Assembly: GCF_020745735.1 (NCBI RefSeq)
Contig: NC_083435.1
Span: 6,417,201-6,481,200 of the forward strand
Reading direction: 5' to 3'
DNA: 64,000 nucleotides
Origin: Hemiscyllium ocellatum
Lineage: Eukaryota
Below the pieces are notes generated by a model that saw nothing but the letters and a program-made list of their open reading frames with translations, did not search any database and was not told where the DNA came from. Within the stretch, counting starts at the first letter, position 1. Each line of letters begins with the position of its first letter. A program made the position numbers and the translations under genes. Below, one piece after another: positions 51,100 to 63,773 of the stretch.

Positions 51100-52340
51100 G
51101 AAACAAAGAACGACAGATGTTGGAGACAACGATAGAAAATGCCAGAGGAATTCAGCAGGTCTGGCAGCATCTGTGAAAAGAGAAACAGAGTTAATGTTTC
51201 AACTTCAGCAACACGTCTTCAGAACTGATTGTAGACAGGAAAAGGTAGTATTCATACTGATGACAGGGGGTGCAGATAATGAGTGAGAGGAAGAGGGGCT
51301 GGAGCCCAAAATAGAGAGTAAACAACAGTTTGGGAGACAAAGGGCTTGAATAATAGTTGGATAATTGCTCAGGAGAAAGTAAAGCTGATAACGAGTGGGT
51401 GAAGACCAGTTGGATGTGGTGAAAGCAGGCTATGTGATGACAGAGCCTGGGATGTGATGATAGGTGTAGGACATGGAAGAAGGCGTTCATGTTCTAAAGT
51501 TACTGAACTTGATTTTGAGTTCTGAAGACTGCAGGCTCCCCAACTGGAAATGAGATGCTGTTCTTCCAGCTTACACTGAATCTCATGGGAGCACTGCAGC
51601 AGGCACGAGACAGCGATGTTGGCCAGGGGACACGGGGTGGGGGTGTTGAAGTGGCAGGCAACTGGAAGCTTGGAATCACTTTTCTGGGCAGATATAGGTG
51701 TTCAATAAAGCAGTTGCCCAGTCTGTGTTTCATGTTCCCAATGTACAGGAGAGCACACTGTGATTTGATTTGATTTATTATTGTGACATGTACTGAGACA
51801 CAATGACATTTTGCATGTTAATCAGACAAATTATACCTCACATAAGTGCCTCAGGGTAATAGAACAGAATGCAGAATATGGCGTTACTGCTGCAGAGAAG
51901 GGGCAGAGAAAGTCCAGGTAAATTTCTGCTTCACTTGGAAGGTGTGTCTGCGAGCTTTGGATACCGCAGAGGGAGAAGGGAAATGGCCAAGTGTTCCATC
52001 TTCTGAGATTGCATGGGAAGGTTGCATGGGGGTGTGGGGAGTGAGGGGGGAGTGAACCAGGGAGTCCCAGAAGGAATGGTCTCTGTGGACAACTGACAAA
52101 GGAGGGAAGGGAAACATGTATCAGGTGGTGGGATCTCGCCGGAGATAATGGAAATGGCATCTTATGGTCCTTTGAACGTGCAGGCTGGTGAGGTGGAGAG
52201 TGAGGACAGGGGTCTCTATTGTTGTGGTGGGAGGGAAGAGAAAAGGTGAGGGCGGAAGTGTTGGACATGACTGAGGGTCCTGTGGTGACAGGCTAGCCTC
52301 AGTTGAGGAAAAAGCTGGATATTTCTGAGACCCCTCTGTG
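51100..52340 (-). mobile_element. Old decayed Penelope-like element
   Basis: Contains fragments FPFPPLSVVHRDHSFWDSLVHS and FQVKQKFT, similar to the young copies. Confidence 0.65.
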
Positions 52341-52949
52341 TGCAGAAGGTGGTATATCAACAACATCAATAATCCAGAGATCCTTTCCACTCCGTCCCCA
52401 CCTCTTTGCTGCTATTCTCTGCCATTAATCCCCTCATTACATCTGTACCACAGATTGAATATTATCAACACCCCCTTTGCCATTTTTGTTTTCTGAGCAT
52501 TCTCAGCATCGGTCCTGCTCGCTGCTCCACCCTCTTTGTTAACAGCACATAACCCTAGCTTTCCAGCCTGACCTGCCTTGAACCACTAATGCTGCTTCTC
52601 TCTGGGCAAAGTGTGCAAGGCTCTCCAGCACGGCCTGTTTGTTGTTAAAACTGAGTGTTCTAGGGACAGTGGGTTCAAATTCTGCCTGGGTAACTGGTGG
52701 GAATTCAAATTTAATTCATAGACTCTACAATGACAAATCTTGACTCGGTAAGAAAAACCGTCACCGGTATTGTTGTTAAAAAAAGAACTGAGAGAAGGAA
52801 ATCTGTTAGTCCGATCCAATGTGCACTATTCCAGACGCACAGCGATGGGCCCAACTCTTGACTGCCTGCTGAAAACAGGCTACTCATTCAACAGCAGTAT
52901 GGCATAAGCTACAGTTAAATACTGGTCTCATGCCATGAATGAATACAAT

Positions 52950-53425
52950 ATTGCGTGCAATTCTGGTCTTCCTGCATGAAGGATGGTGTGAAACTTGAAA
53001 CGGTTCAGAAAAAATTTACAAAGATGTCACCAGGGTTGGAGGGTTTGAGCTATAGGGAGAGGCTGAGCAGGCTGGGGCTGTTTTCCCCGGAGCGTCGGAG
53101 GCTGAGGGGTGACCTTGTAGAGGTTTATAAAATCATGAGGGGTAAATAGACAAAGTTTTTTCTCTGGGATGTGGGAGTTCAGAACGAGATGGCAGAGGTT
53201 TAAGGTGAGAGGGGAAATATTTAAAAAGGACCTAAGGGGCCACGTTTTCACACAGAAGGTGACGGGTGTATGGAATGAGTTGCCAGAGGATGTGGTGGAG
53301 GCTGGTACAATTACAGCATTTAAAAGGAATCCGATGGGTATATGAATGGGATGGGTTTATGTTGAATGCCACTAGATGAACTTGGCATGAATGAGTTGAA
53401 TTGAAGGGTCTGTTTCCCTGCTATA
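52950..53425 (+). mobile_element. CR1-type LINE 3' fragment
   Basis: Reads QFWS...LETVQKKFTKM.PGLEGLSYRERL...RGDLVEVYK. Confidence 0.85.
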
Positions 53426-53644
53426 ACACAAACAAAGAACTCAGTTGTTAGAAAAATAAACTCTAATCGACTTCTTAAAACAAAATAGAGTCAGCAAATC
53501 GCAGGAAGCCAATAGAATCGCTCAGCTCTAGGATGAATACTTTGTTGCAGTGCCTCAGGGTCATTGCAGGAGTTAGTGGTGCGGCTGCTGCAGGGACAGG
53601 GGCAATTTCAGGCGCAGCTGCAATTTGGGTGGGAGGTGCAGGCC

Positions 53645-54178
53645 ATGGCTTGCAGGCAGCAGGCAGAGGGTCTGGCCGAGTACCTGAACTGCCCGATCTG
53701 CTTGGACCTGTTCACCGAGCCGGTGATCCTGGAGTGCGGCCACAACTTCTGCCAGGGATGCATCCGGCGCTACTGGGAGGACAGCGAGGCCAGCTCCTGC
53801 CCCGAGTGCAGGGAGATTTTCCGGGAGAGGACGCTGCGCCCGAACCGGGCGCTGGGGAACCTGGCGGAGCGGGCTCGCAGCCTGATCCAGCAGCAGGAGG
53901 GTGGAACCGGAGCCCATCACGCGGGCCAGCCATGGAGGGAGCAGGAAGCTGCAAGCGGCCCGTGGCCAGGTCCCCAGGAGCCCGGGGCTGCAGATCCGTC
54001 CCCTGGGACAGAACCCAGGCTGCTGCCCTTGTACTGCTGGCAGCACCGAGAGGAGCTGAAGCTGTTCTGTGAGACCGACAAGGAGCTGATCTGTGTGATG
54101 TGCCTGGACAGCAGAGGGGGTCAAAACCACCGCTCCCACAACTTCATGCTCATCAGCGAAGCCGTGGAGATGTACAAG
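53645..54178 (+). CDS. Gene C (nuclear factor 7 / zinc-binding protein A33 / TRIM69-like) exon 1: RING, Pro/Gly-rich linker, B-box2
   Basis: Kozak GCCATGG. Reads CPICLDLFTEPVILECGHNFCQGC...CPEC and CWQH...CETD...CVMC...HRSHNFMLISEAVEMYK|gttgaa. Confidence 0.92.
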
Positions 54179-55415
54179 GTTGAAAAAGTTTTTTTTTAAA
54201 TTAAGAAGTTATCTTACAGAATCAAAAATGCTGGGAATTCTGAAAGAAAATAGAAAGTGTTGCAGGGGGTGAACAAAAAACAAACTGCCCAATTCTAGTC
54301 AGATCTGTGTGGACAGAGAGCCAGCTTCAGGGAGGAATCCAATGTGACTTCTTCAGAAAACATCGGAACAGAGAAACAGGAGTAGGCCATTCGGCCCTGT
54401 GAGTCTATTCTGCCATTCATTCTGACCATGGCTGATCATCCAACTCAATCGTATGTCCCTGCTTTTCCCCCATATCCTTTGATCCCTTTAGGCCCGAGGG
54501 TTACCTCCAAATCTATCTCAATCATACAATGTTTTAGCATCGACTGCTTTCTGTGGTTGCAAATTGCAGAGGGTCCTCGCTCTCTGGGTGAAGACATTTC
54601 CCCTCATCTTAGTCCGAAATGGTTCACACCATATCCTTAGACTGTGAGCCCTGGTTCTGACTCCCGGTCAGTGGGAACACCCTTCCAATCTCTCCCCTGC
54701 CTAGTCTTGTGGAAACACATATCCCTTGTATTTAACAGGACACTGCTGTAAGACTGTAAGGCTATGGAAGAGGAGAGCTGGCCATTTGGCCCATTGAATC
54801 CGCTCTGGTGTAATTTGGGTGTATGCCCCATTTTGCCATGGCTAGGCCGATAACAAGGGGCAAACCTAACTTCATGCCAACAACCAGTCAACGGAGAGCA
54901 TTATGATTCTTGATTGAAGCCAATGGCTCCAAAGTTGAAGGGCTTCAGTTACAGACAGAGAGAGAGAGAGAAAATGTTCCCACTCAAGAAAGAGTTGAAG
55001 ATGACAGGGCGCAGATTTTAAAGTAATTGATCAAGGAAGCCAAAACAACAGGAAAAGGGAAAACGTTTCTCACAACATGAATGGATCAGGAATGCACTGT
55101 CTAGGGAGAGTGGGTGGGACAGTTGAGGCATTTGGAAGGGAAATAGATGCTCATCTGAAAAGGAAGAATGTGCCGGGTGACAGGGAGTAAGTGCTGAGTA
55201 CAGTCCTCATTTGGAGAGCTAGTACCAAGGACTGACTGGCCTCCTTCCACACTGTAACAGTCTGGTGCCTCTGTAGCAATGGCCCGCTCCTGGTGGTTTA
55301 TATGAGGCTGGAGTTCTGTGGGTGTGACAGCGGATCTAGCCACATCCTCGAGTGGCATTTTTCCCACATTTCAATTTGTGAACAAACTCATGCGCCCTCT
55401 GCATCTGAATTTCAG

Positions 55416-55505
55416 GAAAAGCTAACATCCCTGTCTGACATTCTCCGAGCCAAGTCCACCCTCCTGGAAGCTAAACTGGCGCACAAGCACGTTTTGGAGG
55501 TGGGG
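55416..55505 (+). CDS. Gene C exon 2 (90 bp)
   Basis: Bounded by tttcag|GAA AAG CTA ... GTG GGG|gtaagt, phase 0-0. Confidence 0.82.
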
Positions 55506-55627
55506 GTAAGTTTTTCATCTGTCCTTCTTTATCGCACTTCTCTCCTTGTACCTCCCTGCCCCTCTTCTCCGCCGCCCTCTCCTCCTTTTCTCTCTCTGCT
55601 GTGATGATGAAGTTGTCATCCCTGTAG

Positions 55628-55861
55628 GATCAGACGAGCCAGCTGCAGCAGTTTGTTACTTTGGAGTTTGCGAAGATGCACCAGGTCCTCATGAGGGTGG
55701 AAAAGCGACTGATTTTAGAACTGAAGGAGAACGTGGAGATGATCTCAGACAAGCTGCAGAGAAACCTGCAGGACATCCAGCAGAATCTAAATGACATCCA
55801 GGAAAAGCTGTCGCGATCACAATCCCAGCTGGACCAGGAGGATACCATTGCTTTTTTAATG
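55628..55861 (+). CDS. Gene C exon 3 (234 bp, coiled coil)
   Basis: Bounded by ctgtag|GAT CAG ACG ... TTT TTA ATG|gtaggt. Reads EFAKMHQVL...EDTIAFLM. Confidence 0.9.
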
Positions 55862-56619
55862 GTAGGTGTCACTGTCTTCCAGAGCAGTAAATCCACCCTC
55901 AACCCTTTTCAAACAACCAGTCAGCAACATGGGGGGAAAAATACTTTTTTCCTTTCCCTCCACCTCCATCATTCCTTCTCTGTATTGAGCTTCACCCACA
56001 GCTGAGAGTGAGAGAACGCACTAGCTTCACTTCAGACCCATGTGAGGACCAGTTCCTAGCATTGGTGACACAATCATGTAAGACAGCTTGGTTTTGCAAA
56101 GACAACAATGTAGCTTTGCATAGCGCCCAACATCAGCCTTACCATAAAAACACTGACTTCCAACCAATGAATAAGGTTGGGGCTGGTGACCAATTGATGG
56201 GTTTTGTCCCAAATGTAGCACTGGCCTCAAGATATGTCAGCCAGCGAAGTATTATGCTGTAATGTAGTCACCAGACTAATGAAGGAAATGCAGCAGCTGA
56301 TTTGTACAAAGCAAGATGCCATGAAAGTAATGTATCATTGACCAGATAATCATTTTGATTAACAGAAAACTATTAAACCGGCCACCGGGAGGTAACCGTG
56401 CTGGTCTCCTCCAACATAATTCATATCAGGGTGTCTTCGGCCTAAGTGCACAGGCAGACAGGCCTGAGTTTAACACCACACCCAAAAGACATGTATTCCC
56501 ATAAAAACTGAGGGAATTCTGGAACTAGATGGTGAAGGCAAAGCTGCAAATAGTGAGAGATAGGACATGAAGAGGCCATTCAGCCCCTGAAGCCTGTTCC
56601 AATATTCAGCTTAAGCATA

Positions 56620-57610
56620 AACATAGACTACAGAACAGAAAATAATACAGCACACGAGAAGCCCTTTGGTCTTCAATGTTATGCCAATGTTTCATCCTAC
56701 TGTACAATCAAGCTAACCTTCATTTTCCTATCAGCCACGTGCCTATCCAAGAGTTACTTAAATGTCCCTCATGTATCTGACTCTACTACCACCACTGGCA
56801 GTGCATCCACCACCCACCGTGTAAAGAACTGAACTCTGACATCTCCACTTCCTCCAATCACCTTAAAATTATGCCCATTTGAGATAGCCATTTCTGCCCT
56901 AGAAAAAAGTTTTTGACTATTCACTCTGTCTGTGTCTCTCATCATCTTTGTCGAAAGTTTGATGCTTGAAAAGTACAGCCGGTCAAGCAGCATCTGAGGA
57001 GCAGGAGAACCGATGTTTCAGGCATAAGCCTTCTTCACTTTCTCCCTCTCATCATCTCGTACACCTCTACCAAATCACCTCTCACACTTCTTCGCTCTAA
57101 TGAGAAAAGCCCAACTTCCTCAACCTTTTTTGATAAGAGATGCCCTCCAATCCAGGCAGCATCCTGGTAAATCTCCTCTGCACCCTCTCTAAAACACCCA
57201 CACCTTTCCGATAATGAGGCGACCAGAACTAAACACAATATTCTAAATGTGGTCTAACCAGGGCTCGATTGAACTGCAGCATAACATCATGGTTCTTAGA
57301 CTCAGTTCCCCTGCTAATGAAAGCCGACACAGCTTGCACCTTCTTAACAACCCTACAACTTGGGTGGCAACTTTGAGGGATCTATGGACGTGGACCCCAA
57401 GATCCCTCTGTTCCCCCTCACTGCCAAGAATCCTGCCTTTAACCCTGTGTTCTGTATTCAAATGCGACCTTCCAAAATGTGTCACCTCACACTTTTCCAG
57501 GTTGAACTCCATCTGCTAGCTCTCTGCCCTGTTCTGCATTCTGTCAATGTCTTGTTGCAACTTACTACAGCCTTCCACACTATCCACGACTCCACCAACC
57601 TACGTGTCAT
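56620..57610 (-). mobile_element. CR1-type LINE fragment with an internal Penelope terminal piece (about 56950-57040)
   Basis: Reads MEFNLEKCEVTHFGR...QRDLGVHVHRSLKVATQV. Confidence 0.82.
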
Positions 57611-58329
57611 TGTATCATGGCTGATCCTCCATCTCAATGCCACTTTCTCACAGTAATCCTATTCTTGTTGAGGTCTTTAATATCTAATCATCCCTCTCTT
57701 GATAAAACATAAAACAGCCCAGGCTTATCCAGCCTCTCCCTATAGCTCAAACTCTCCAACATCCTTGTGAATCTTTTTTGAACCTTCACAGGTCTTGGAG
57801 TAGAGAAAAAAAGATTCAGAAGAAATTTCTCTTCACCTTAGTTCTAAATAACCTAATGTTTATCCTGAGATTGTGTCCCCCAGTTCTCGATCCCTTTGTG
57901 GATGTGGTGGTTGGGGGTGGGGGGGGAGGGGAGGGTGGTGAGGGGGGAGCCAGTTTCTCCAGATCTGCCCTGTTTAGCCTCATGAGAAATCTGTTATCAG
58001 TTCTCATTCTTCAAACCTAAAGAGAAGGCAGTCTCAATCTCTCCTTCTCTGATCTACGAAGAGTTGGTGAAATGCAGAGTTCTGGCTGGAGATGTCGCGA
58101 CATTCTTGATGTGTTTCACTGTGCATTTAGTTTTTCCACAGTCTCTCTCAGTGTGGAGCAAGGCAAGACTCAATGGCATCTATTTATGCTGTGGAGATGC
58201 TGCAAAGACTCCATGCGATTAGTGTACAGATTTGCAGGCACAGGTTCAATGGGCTGAATGGCCTCTTCTGTGCTGTGCAAATCAATGACATATCCTGAGG
58301 GCAATTGTTCAGTGATGAGTTCAGGAAGG

Positions 58330-59056
58330 CCATAGAGTCATAGAGATGTACAGAACAGAAACAGATCCTTCGATTCAACTCGTCCATGCTGACCCAATAT
58401 TCCAAACTAATCTAGTGCCATTTGCCAGCACTTGGTGCGTATCCCTCCAAACCCTTCCTATGCATATATCCATCCAAATGCCTTTTAAATGCTGCAATTG
58501 TACCAGTCTCCACCACTTCCTCTGGCAGCTCATTCCATACACGTACCACCATCTGCATGAAAAAGTTACCACTTAGCTCCCTTTTAAAGCTTTCTCCTCT
58601 CACCCTAAATCTATGCCCTTTAGTTCTGAATGCCCACACTGCAGGGAAAAGACCTTGTCTATTTATCCTATCCATGTCCCTCATGGTTTTATAAACCTCG
58701 TTAAGCTCACCCTTCAGCCTCTGACGCTCAAGGGAAAACAGCCCCAGCCTATTCAACCTCTCCCTATTGCTCAAATCCTCCAACCCTGGCAACATGTTTG
58801 TAAATCTTTTCTGAGCCCTTTCACAACATCCTTCCAAAGGAAGAAGATCAAATTTCACGCAATAGTCCAAGAGTGGCCTAACCAATATCCTGTACAGCCA
58901 CAACATGATGTCCCAAAGCCTATACTCAATGCTATGACCAATAAAGGAAAGCATACCAAACGTCTTCTTCACTATCCTATCTACCTGCAACTCCACTTTC
59001 AAGGAGCTATAAACCTGCACTCCAAGGTCTTTTGTTCAGCAACACTCCCCAGGACC
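58330..59056 (-). mobile_element. CR1-type LINE 3' fragment
   Basis: ORF 58412-59020 reads SSLKVELQVDRIVKK...FFMQMVVRVWNELPEEVV. Confidence 0.9.
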
Positions 59057-59375
59057 CAAAGGAGATTTGAAATCACTCCCCACACGCGAGAAAAACAATT
59101 GAAAGATTCATATCCAGCACTGATTCCTGTTTGGGGAAACGTTATGGAAGCAAGTTGAGAGAGGTAGGATGGATGAAGATAAGATCACAGAACAACCATC
59201 ATAGTTCAATGGCAGAACAGGTTGGAGAGAGAGGGCTGAATGGCTTCTTGCTATTTCTGCATCCCCGTGGTTCTGGTTATGTTCAGTTTTAGTGTATGAA
59301 TCATTCCCTTTCTTTCTCCCCTGACGTCATTATCCAGTGGAACTCAGCTCCCCCTGTTTGTTGGTTGTGTTTTAG

Positions 59376-59398
59376 GATCAAGCTGAACAACACATGAG
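59376..59398 (+). CDS. Gene C exon 4 (23-bp micro-exon)
   Basis: Bounded by ttttag|GATCAAGCTGAACAACACATGAG|gtatgt. Confidence 0.85.
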
Positions 59399-59484
59399 GT
59401 ATGTGCTGCCAATGACTCTCTGTGACCTGACACATCCAGCTGTCCTCACTTCCACCGTGTAATGTTGCTGTTCTCTGTCATCAG

Positions 59485-59594
59485 CGAGGACTCAGGCCAG
59501 CTTCTCCTGGCCACTGACTGCTTGCCGATGGGAATATTCCGAGGACCTCTGCAATACAGTGCCTGGAAGGAGATGGCAGAGAGCATCAGTCCAG
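59485..59594 (+). CDS. Gene C exon 5 (110 bp)
   Basis: Bounded by catcag|C GAG GAC ... AGT CCA G|gtgaga. LPMGIFRGPLQYSAWKEM resembles the NF7/TRIM69 motif G.FKGPIQY..WKE. Confidence 0.88.
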
Positions 59595-60407
59595 GTGAGA
59601 GGTTTTCCTCCTGGAACCATTCCAACTCTCACTCATTTGGGACATTGTCTGGGAAATTGAGAACCTTGGTCTGATGTGTTAATAATATTGTGTCTGATTG
59701 AATGTATCTCGTGAGCTGTTACAACAAGTGAACATCTACCAAAAGTTACCATGTCCCTGCCCTCAAGGCTGAACGATGACCCTATTCACTGCAAGATTCT
59801 CCACCAACATCCGGCATTTGAGAACAAATCTAAAACATTGTTACAACTGTATATGTGTTGTAACTAAGTGTGCTTAACATGCGTATGTTGACATGTCATC
59901 AAGTTTTCATGTTTCCTTTTTGAATGACAAGATGGGGAGAAAGGGTCGCTGTGTCATTTTGAAATGGAGCCCTTTTAAAAACATACGTCCAGATATGGAC
60001 TACCCTTTGAGCTCCTTCTCAAGGTCTAACCTTTGCCAGCTCATCCCAAAAGTGGGAATTTTACACAGAGTTGGGAGGGGTGCCAAGGTCTGTTTGAGAT
60101 TCACTAAACCCTTGACTGATTGAACCCATCCTGTTTGTGGTATCTTTTCTTGATCAACCACCTTTCAGCCTTGTGCTAGTGAGGAAGAGACCTTCACTTA
60201 ACCCTGCTTCTGTGAAGGTTAACACTGAAAGCAAACTGGATGGTGAAGGCTGGAAATCTGAGTTCTGATGAAGGGTGACTGGACACAAAGCACTAACTCT
60301 GCTTTCTCCCCAGGTGCTGCCAGACCTGCTGAGCTTCACCAGCAACTTCTGCTTTTGTTTCTGTACAGGTTGCGCGGTTGATGGTATAGATTTCCTGCTT
60401 CACAGTG

Positions 60408-60640
60408 TGGGGTCACCCTCTGATGGTGTGCGGTCCATCTCTGATAGTGTGGCGTCACTCTCTGGTGGTGTGGGGGTCACTCAGTAATGGTGGAGGTTCA
60501 CTCTATGATGGTATAGGGTCACTCCAATGGTATAGAGTCACTCTGATGGTATAGGGTCACTCTGATGGCGTGGTGTCACTCTCTGATGGTATAGAGTCAC
60601 TCTGATGGTATAGGGTCACTCTCTGATGTTGCAGGGTCAT
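60408..60640. repeat. Short tandem repeat, about 20-22 bp unit (tcactctctgatggtatagggt)
   Basis: About 10 degenerate direct copies. Confidence 0.85.
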
Positions 60641-61941
60641 TCTCTGCACTTGTAGTCATGATGTTTATGTGGCGAGTCCAGTTGAGTTTCTGGTCATTGA
60701 TAATAATCTTGTAAGTCAAGGATTCAAAGATGGTAACGCCACAGAGTGGCAATGGATGGTGGTTCAATTGTCTCTTATTGGACATGGTTATTACCTGGCA
60801 TTGCATGGCAAAAATATTACCTGCCACCTGTCAATCCAAGTCTGGGTATTGTCCAGATCCTGTTGGATTTAATATCACCGTCATTAGTGGTTCATTTTCA
60901 GATGAGGATGACTCGCTTCCCCTCCCAGGGTGAGACTGTGGCTGGCTGTATGGGCCGATGGGGCTTCCTCAGGCTTGGGGTAGAATGTGATGATGGAAAG
61001 GGGTGGGTGGGGCAGTGCACTTCTTACACTGTTTTTGCCTCCTAATTCAGGTCCAGTGGCCTACGCTGTCCATAAACTGGACAAGTGCTGCTTCAGCATC
61101 TCTGGTAATACATGTTTAACCTTGCCTGTCCCTCTTGCGTTACCCTTTAACTCCCCCTGTCATTGATATATCCTCCCATTTCTAATCCACTTTAGAACTT
61201 GCCTTGGTTCTCACATGTGGAGTTCCTGGTGATTGTGAGATGGTTTTGTGGAGAATCAAGCAGCAATTAGCTGCTACAAAAACATACTTGTCTGGGAGAA
61301 TATTTGCGGCAGTAATATAATGAATATTTATGTTTTAGCAAGGGAAAGTGGAAAGGCATTGTCCTGATATTGCCAGGGAGTGCCAGCTCTTCCAGTCAGG
61401 CATTGGCTGGATAATTTGGCACACTCTTCACAAAGGTGTCACATCCGAGACAGCCCAGCCACTGACAGCCACCAGCTGCTGCTGGTAATGGTCCAGATCT
61501 CCCTTTCTTTTCTTTTCTCAGTCCATTACCATCTCCTTTTGCCTTTCACCATCATCCTTTCCTCATTTCATCTCTCCTGCCTTCCACACTAGCCCAGACT
61601 TTGCTTTACCCCAACCCCATTTCCCCGCCTCTGCATTTGTTAAAAGTCTGTGTTCGACCAGCTTCACCTTGTGAACAGTTTCTAGTTCTGAAAAGAAGTG
61701 TTTACTGATTTGACCGAAAACATGAACTCTGTTTCTCTCTCTCCACAGGTATGTGAACACTAATGACAATTGCTTTGTTAAATTTCAGATTTCCAGGATC
61801 TGCAGTGTATTACTTCTGAGTAAAGTATAATGTAATGTTTGTTGAATTTGGATAAATCAGATTTTGGATAAATCGAAGCTGAAGAGTTGCAGATTGCTTG
61901 GTTTCTCGTGTTATCTCTCTCTCTCTGTTTCTCTCTACCAG

Positions 61942-62489
61942 TTCCGGCTTCAGTGACCCTGAATCCTGAGACAGCTCACTCCTGGCTCCTCATTTCTGAC
62001 GACCTGACCACCGTCAGGTACGCAAACCAGCAGCAGGAACTCCCCGACACCCCGGAGAGATTCAATCCTTCCCTCTGCGTGCTGGGCTCCCAAGGATTCC
62101 TGTCCGGGAGGCATTACTGGGAGGTGGCCGTGGGAGAGAGCTCCGAGTGGGACGTGGGAGTGGTGAAGGAGTCCATCAACAGGAAGGGGGATATCACGGC
62201 CATCCCGCAGGCCGGCTATTGGATCGTCTGGCTGAGGAACGGCAATGAATACAAGGCAGGCTCGGTGCCTCGCACCCCTCTGAGACCCAGCGCCAGGCCC
62301 CGCAAAATCGGCGTCTACCTGGACTACGAGGGTGGCCAGGTTTCCTTCTACAATGCGGACGACATGTCCCACCTGCACACCTTCACTGACCTGTTCACCG
62401 AGAAAGTTTACCCTTTCTTCAGCCCCTGCCTGAGCGGGCGCGGGGAGCGCTCCGAGCCGCTGAAAATCTGCCGCTCCAGGTTTCACTAG
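61942..62489 (+). CDS. Gene C exon 6: PRY/SPRY (B30.2) domain and stop
   Basis: Begins ctaccag|TT CCG GCT TCA GTG ACC CTG AAT CCT. Reads PERFN...GRHYWEV...IGVYLDYEGGQVSFYN...VYPFFSP and ends in TAG. Confidence 0.95.
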
Positions 62490-63089
62490 AGGCTGAACCG
62501 CCGAGTCCCGATGGTTCCCGATGTTATTACTGCCCTTCCCTTCCCTTCAACCTTTCTCTCCCCCCCACCCCACAGCTCAGGCCTGGACCCGTTTTCGGGT
62601 GAAACCCAGCACAGGGCAGGGGAATGTGTGTGGTACCACCCAGACCAGGCAGCGGGTGCCCCACCTGTCGGTGCTGCTTTGTCACCCGTCTCCCTCTGGC
62701 TGTGTTGCTCCTGATGGTCTTGTCTGTTCCTCCCTCCTCCCCCCATCTGCTTCCCCGCGCCTTTTCTGAAGCAACTTTCCACAGTCCCTTTCTCCAAAGG
62801 GGGCGCATGGCTTTAACATGGGACTGCAGCCAAAGTCACCTCGGCCTGATCTACACGTTACGCCTCTAACCCCTTTGGCATATGCTATTGGTATTAGTTC
62901 CAACCGATATAACTACTCTGGTGATTCTTGGATTCCTAATTCCTTAAAATCCCCGTCTTCCTATTCAGGAAGCCAGCTCTTCCCAGTATTCTCCTGGCTT
63001 CTCTTCACCCAGCAGCATTCTCGCTCAGCCCCTCTTCTCAGTCCGACTGCTTGAGTCCAGAAAAAGAAAACAGCTCCCTTTTTTCTAAA

Positions 63090-63773
63090 CTTGCGCCCAC
63101 ACCTCCACACTCACTTCCCTCCAAGGCCCCAAGGGATCCTTCCATATCCGCCACAAGTTCACCTGTACCTCCACACACATCATCTATTGCATCCGCTGCA
63201 CCTGATGTGGCCTCCTCTATATTGGTGAGACAGGCCGCTTACTTGTGGAACGCTTCAGAGAACACCTCTGGGCCGCCCGAACCAACCAACCCAACCACCC
63301 CGTGGCTCAACACTTTAACTCTCCCCCCCACTCCACCGAGGACATGCAGGTCCTTGGACTCCTCCACCGGCAGAACACAACTACACGACGGCTGGAGGAG
63401 GAGCGCCTCATCTTCCACCTGGGAACCCTCCAACCACAAGGTATGAATTCAGATTTCTCCAGTTTCCTCATTTCCCCTCCCCCCACCTTGTCTCAGTCGG
63501 TTCCCTCAACTCAGCACCGCCCTCCTAACCTGCAATCTTCTTCCTGACCTCTCCGCCCCCACCCCACTCCGGCCTATCACCCTCACCTTGACCTCCTTCC
63601 ACCTATCCCACCTCCATCGCCCCTCCCCCAAGTCCCTCCTCCCTACCTTTTATCTTAGCCTGCTTGGCTACTCTCTCTCATTCCTGATGAAGGGCTTATG
63701 CTCGAAACGTCGAATTCTCTATTCCTGAGATGCTGCCTGGCCTGCTGTGCTTTGACCAGCAACACATTTTCAA
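63090..63773 (+). mobile_element. 5'-truncated Penelope-like element (GIY-YIG end and terminal hammerhead-like motif at 63680-63715)
   Basis: Very similar to the copy at 21836-22560. Reads ERFREHLW...QPQGMNSDFSSF. Confidence 0.9.

Noticed and set aside
53573-54139. Antisense ORFs over gene C exon 1 (and 61950-62486 over exon 6)
   Set aside because: These are typical shadow ORFs of GC3-rich coding sequence with no recognisable motif.
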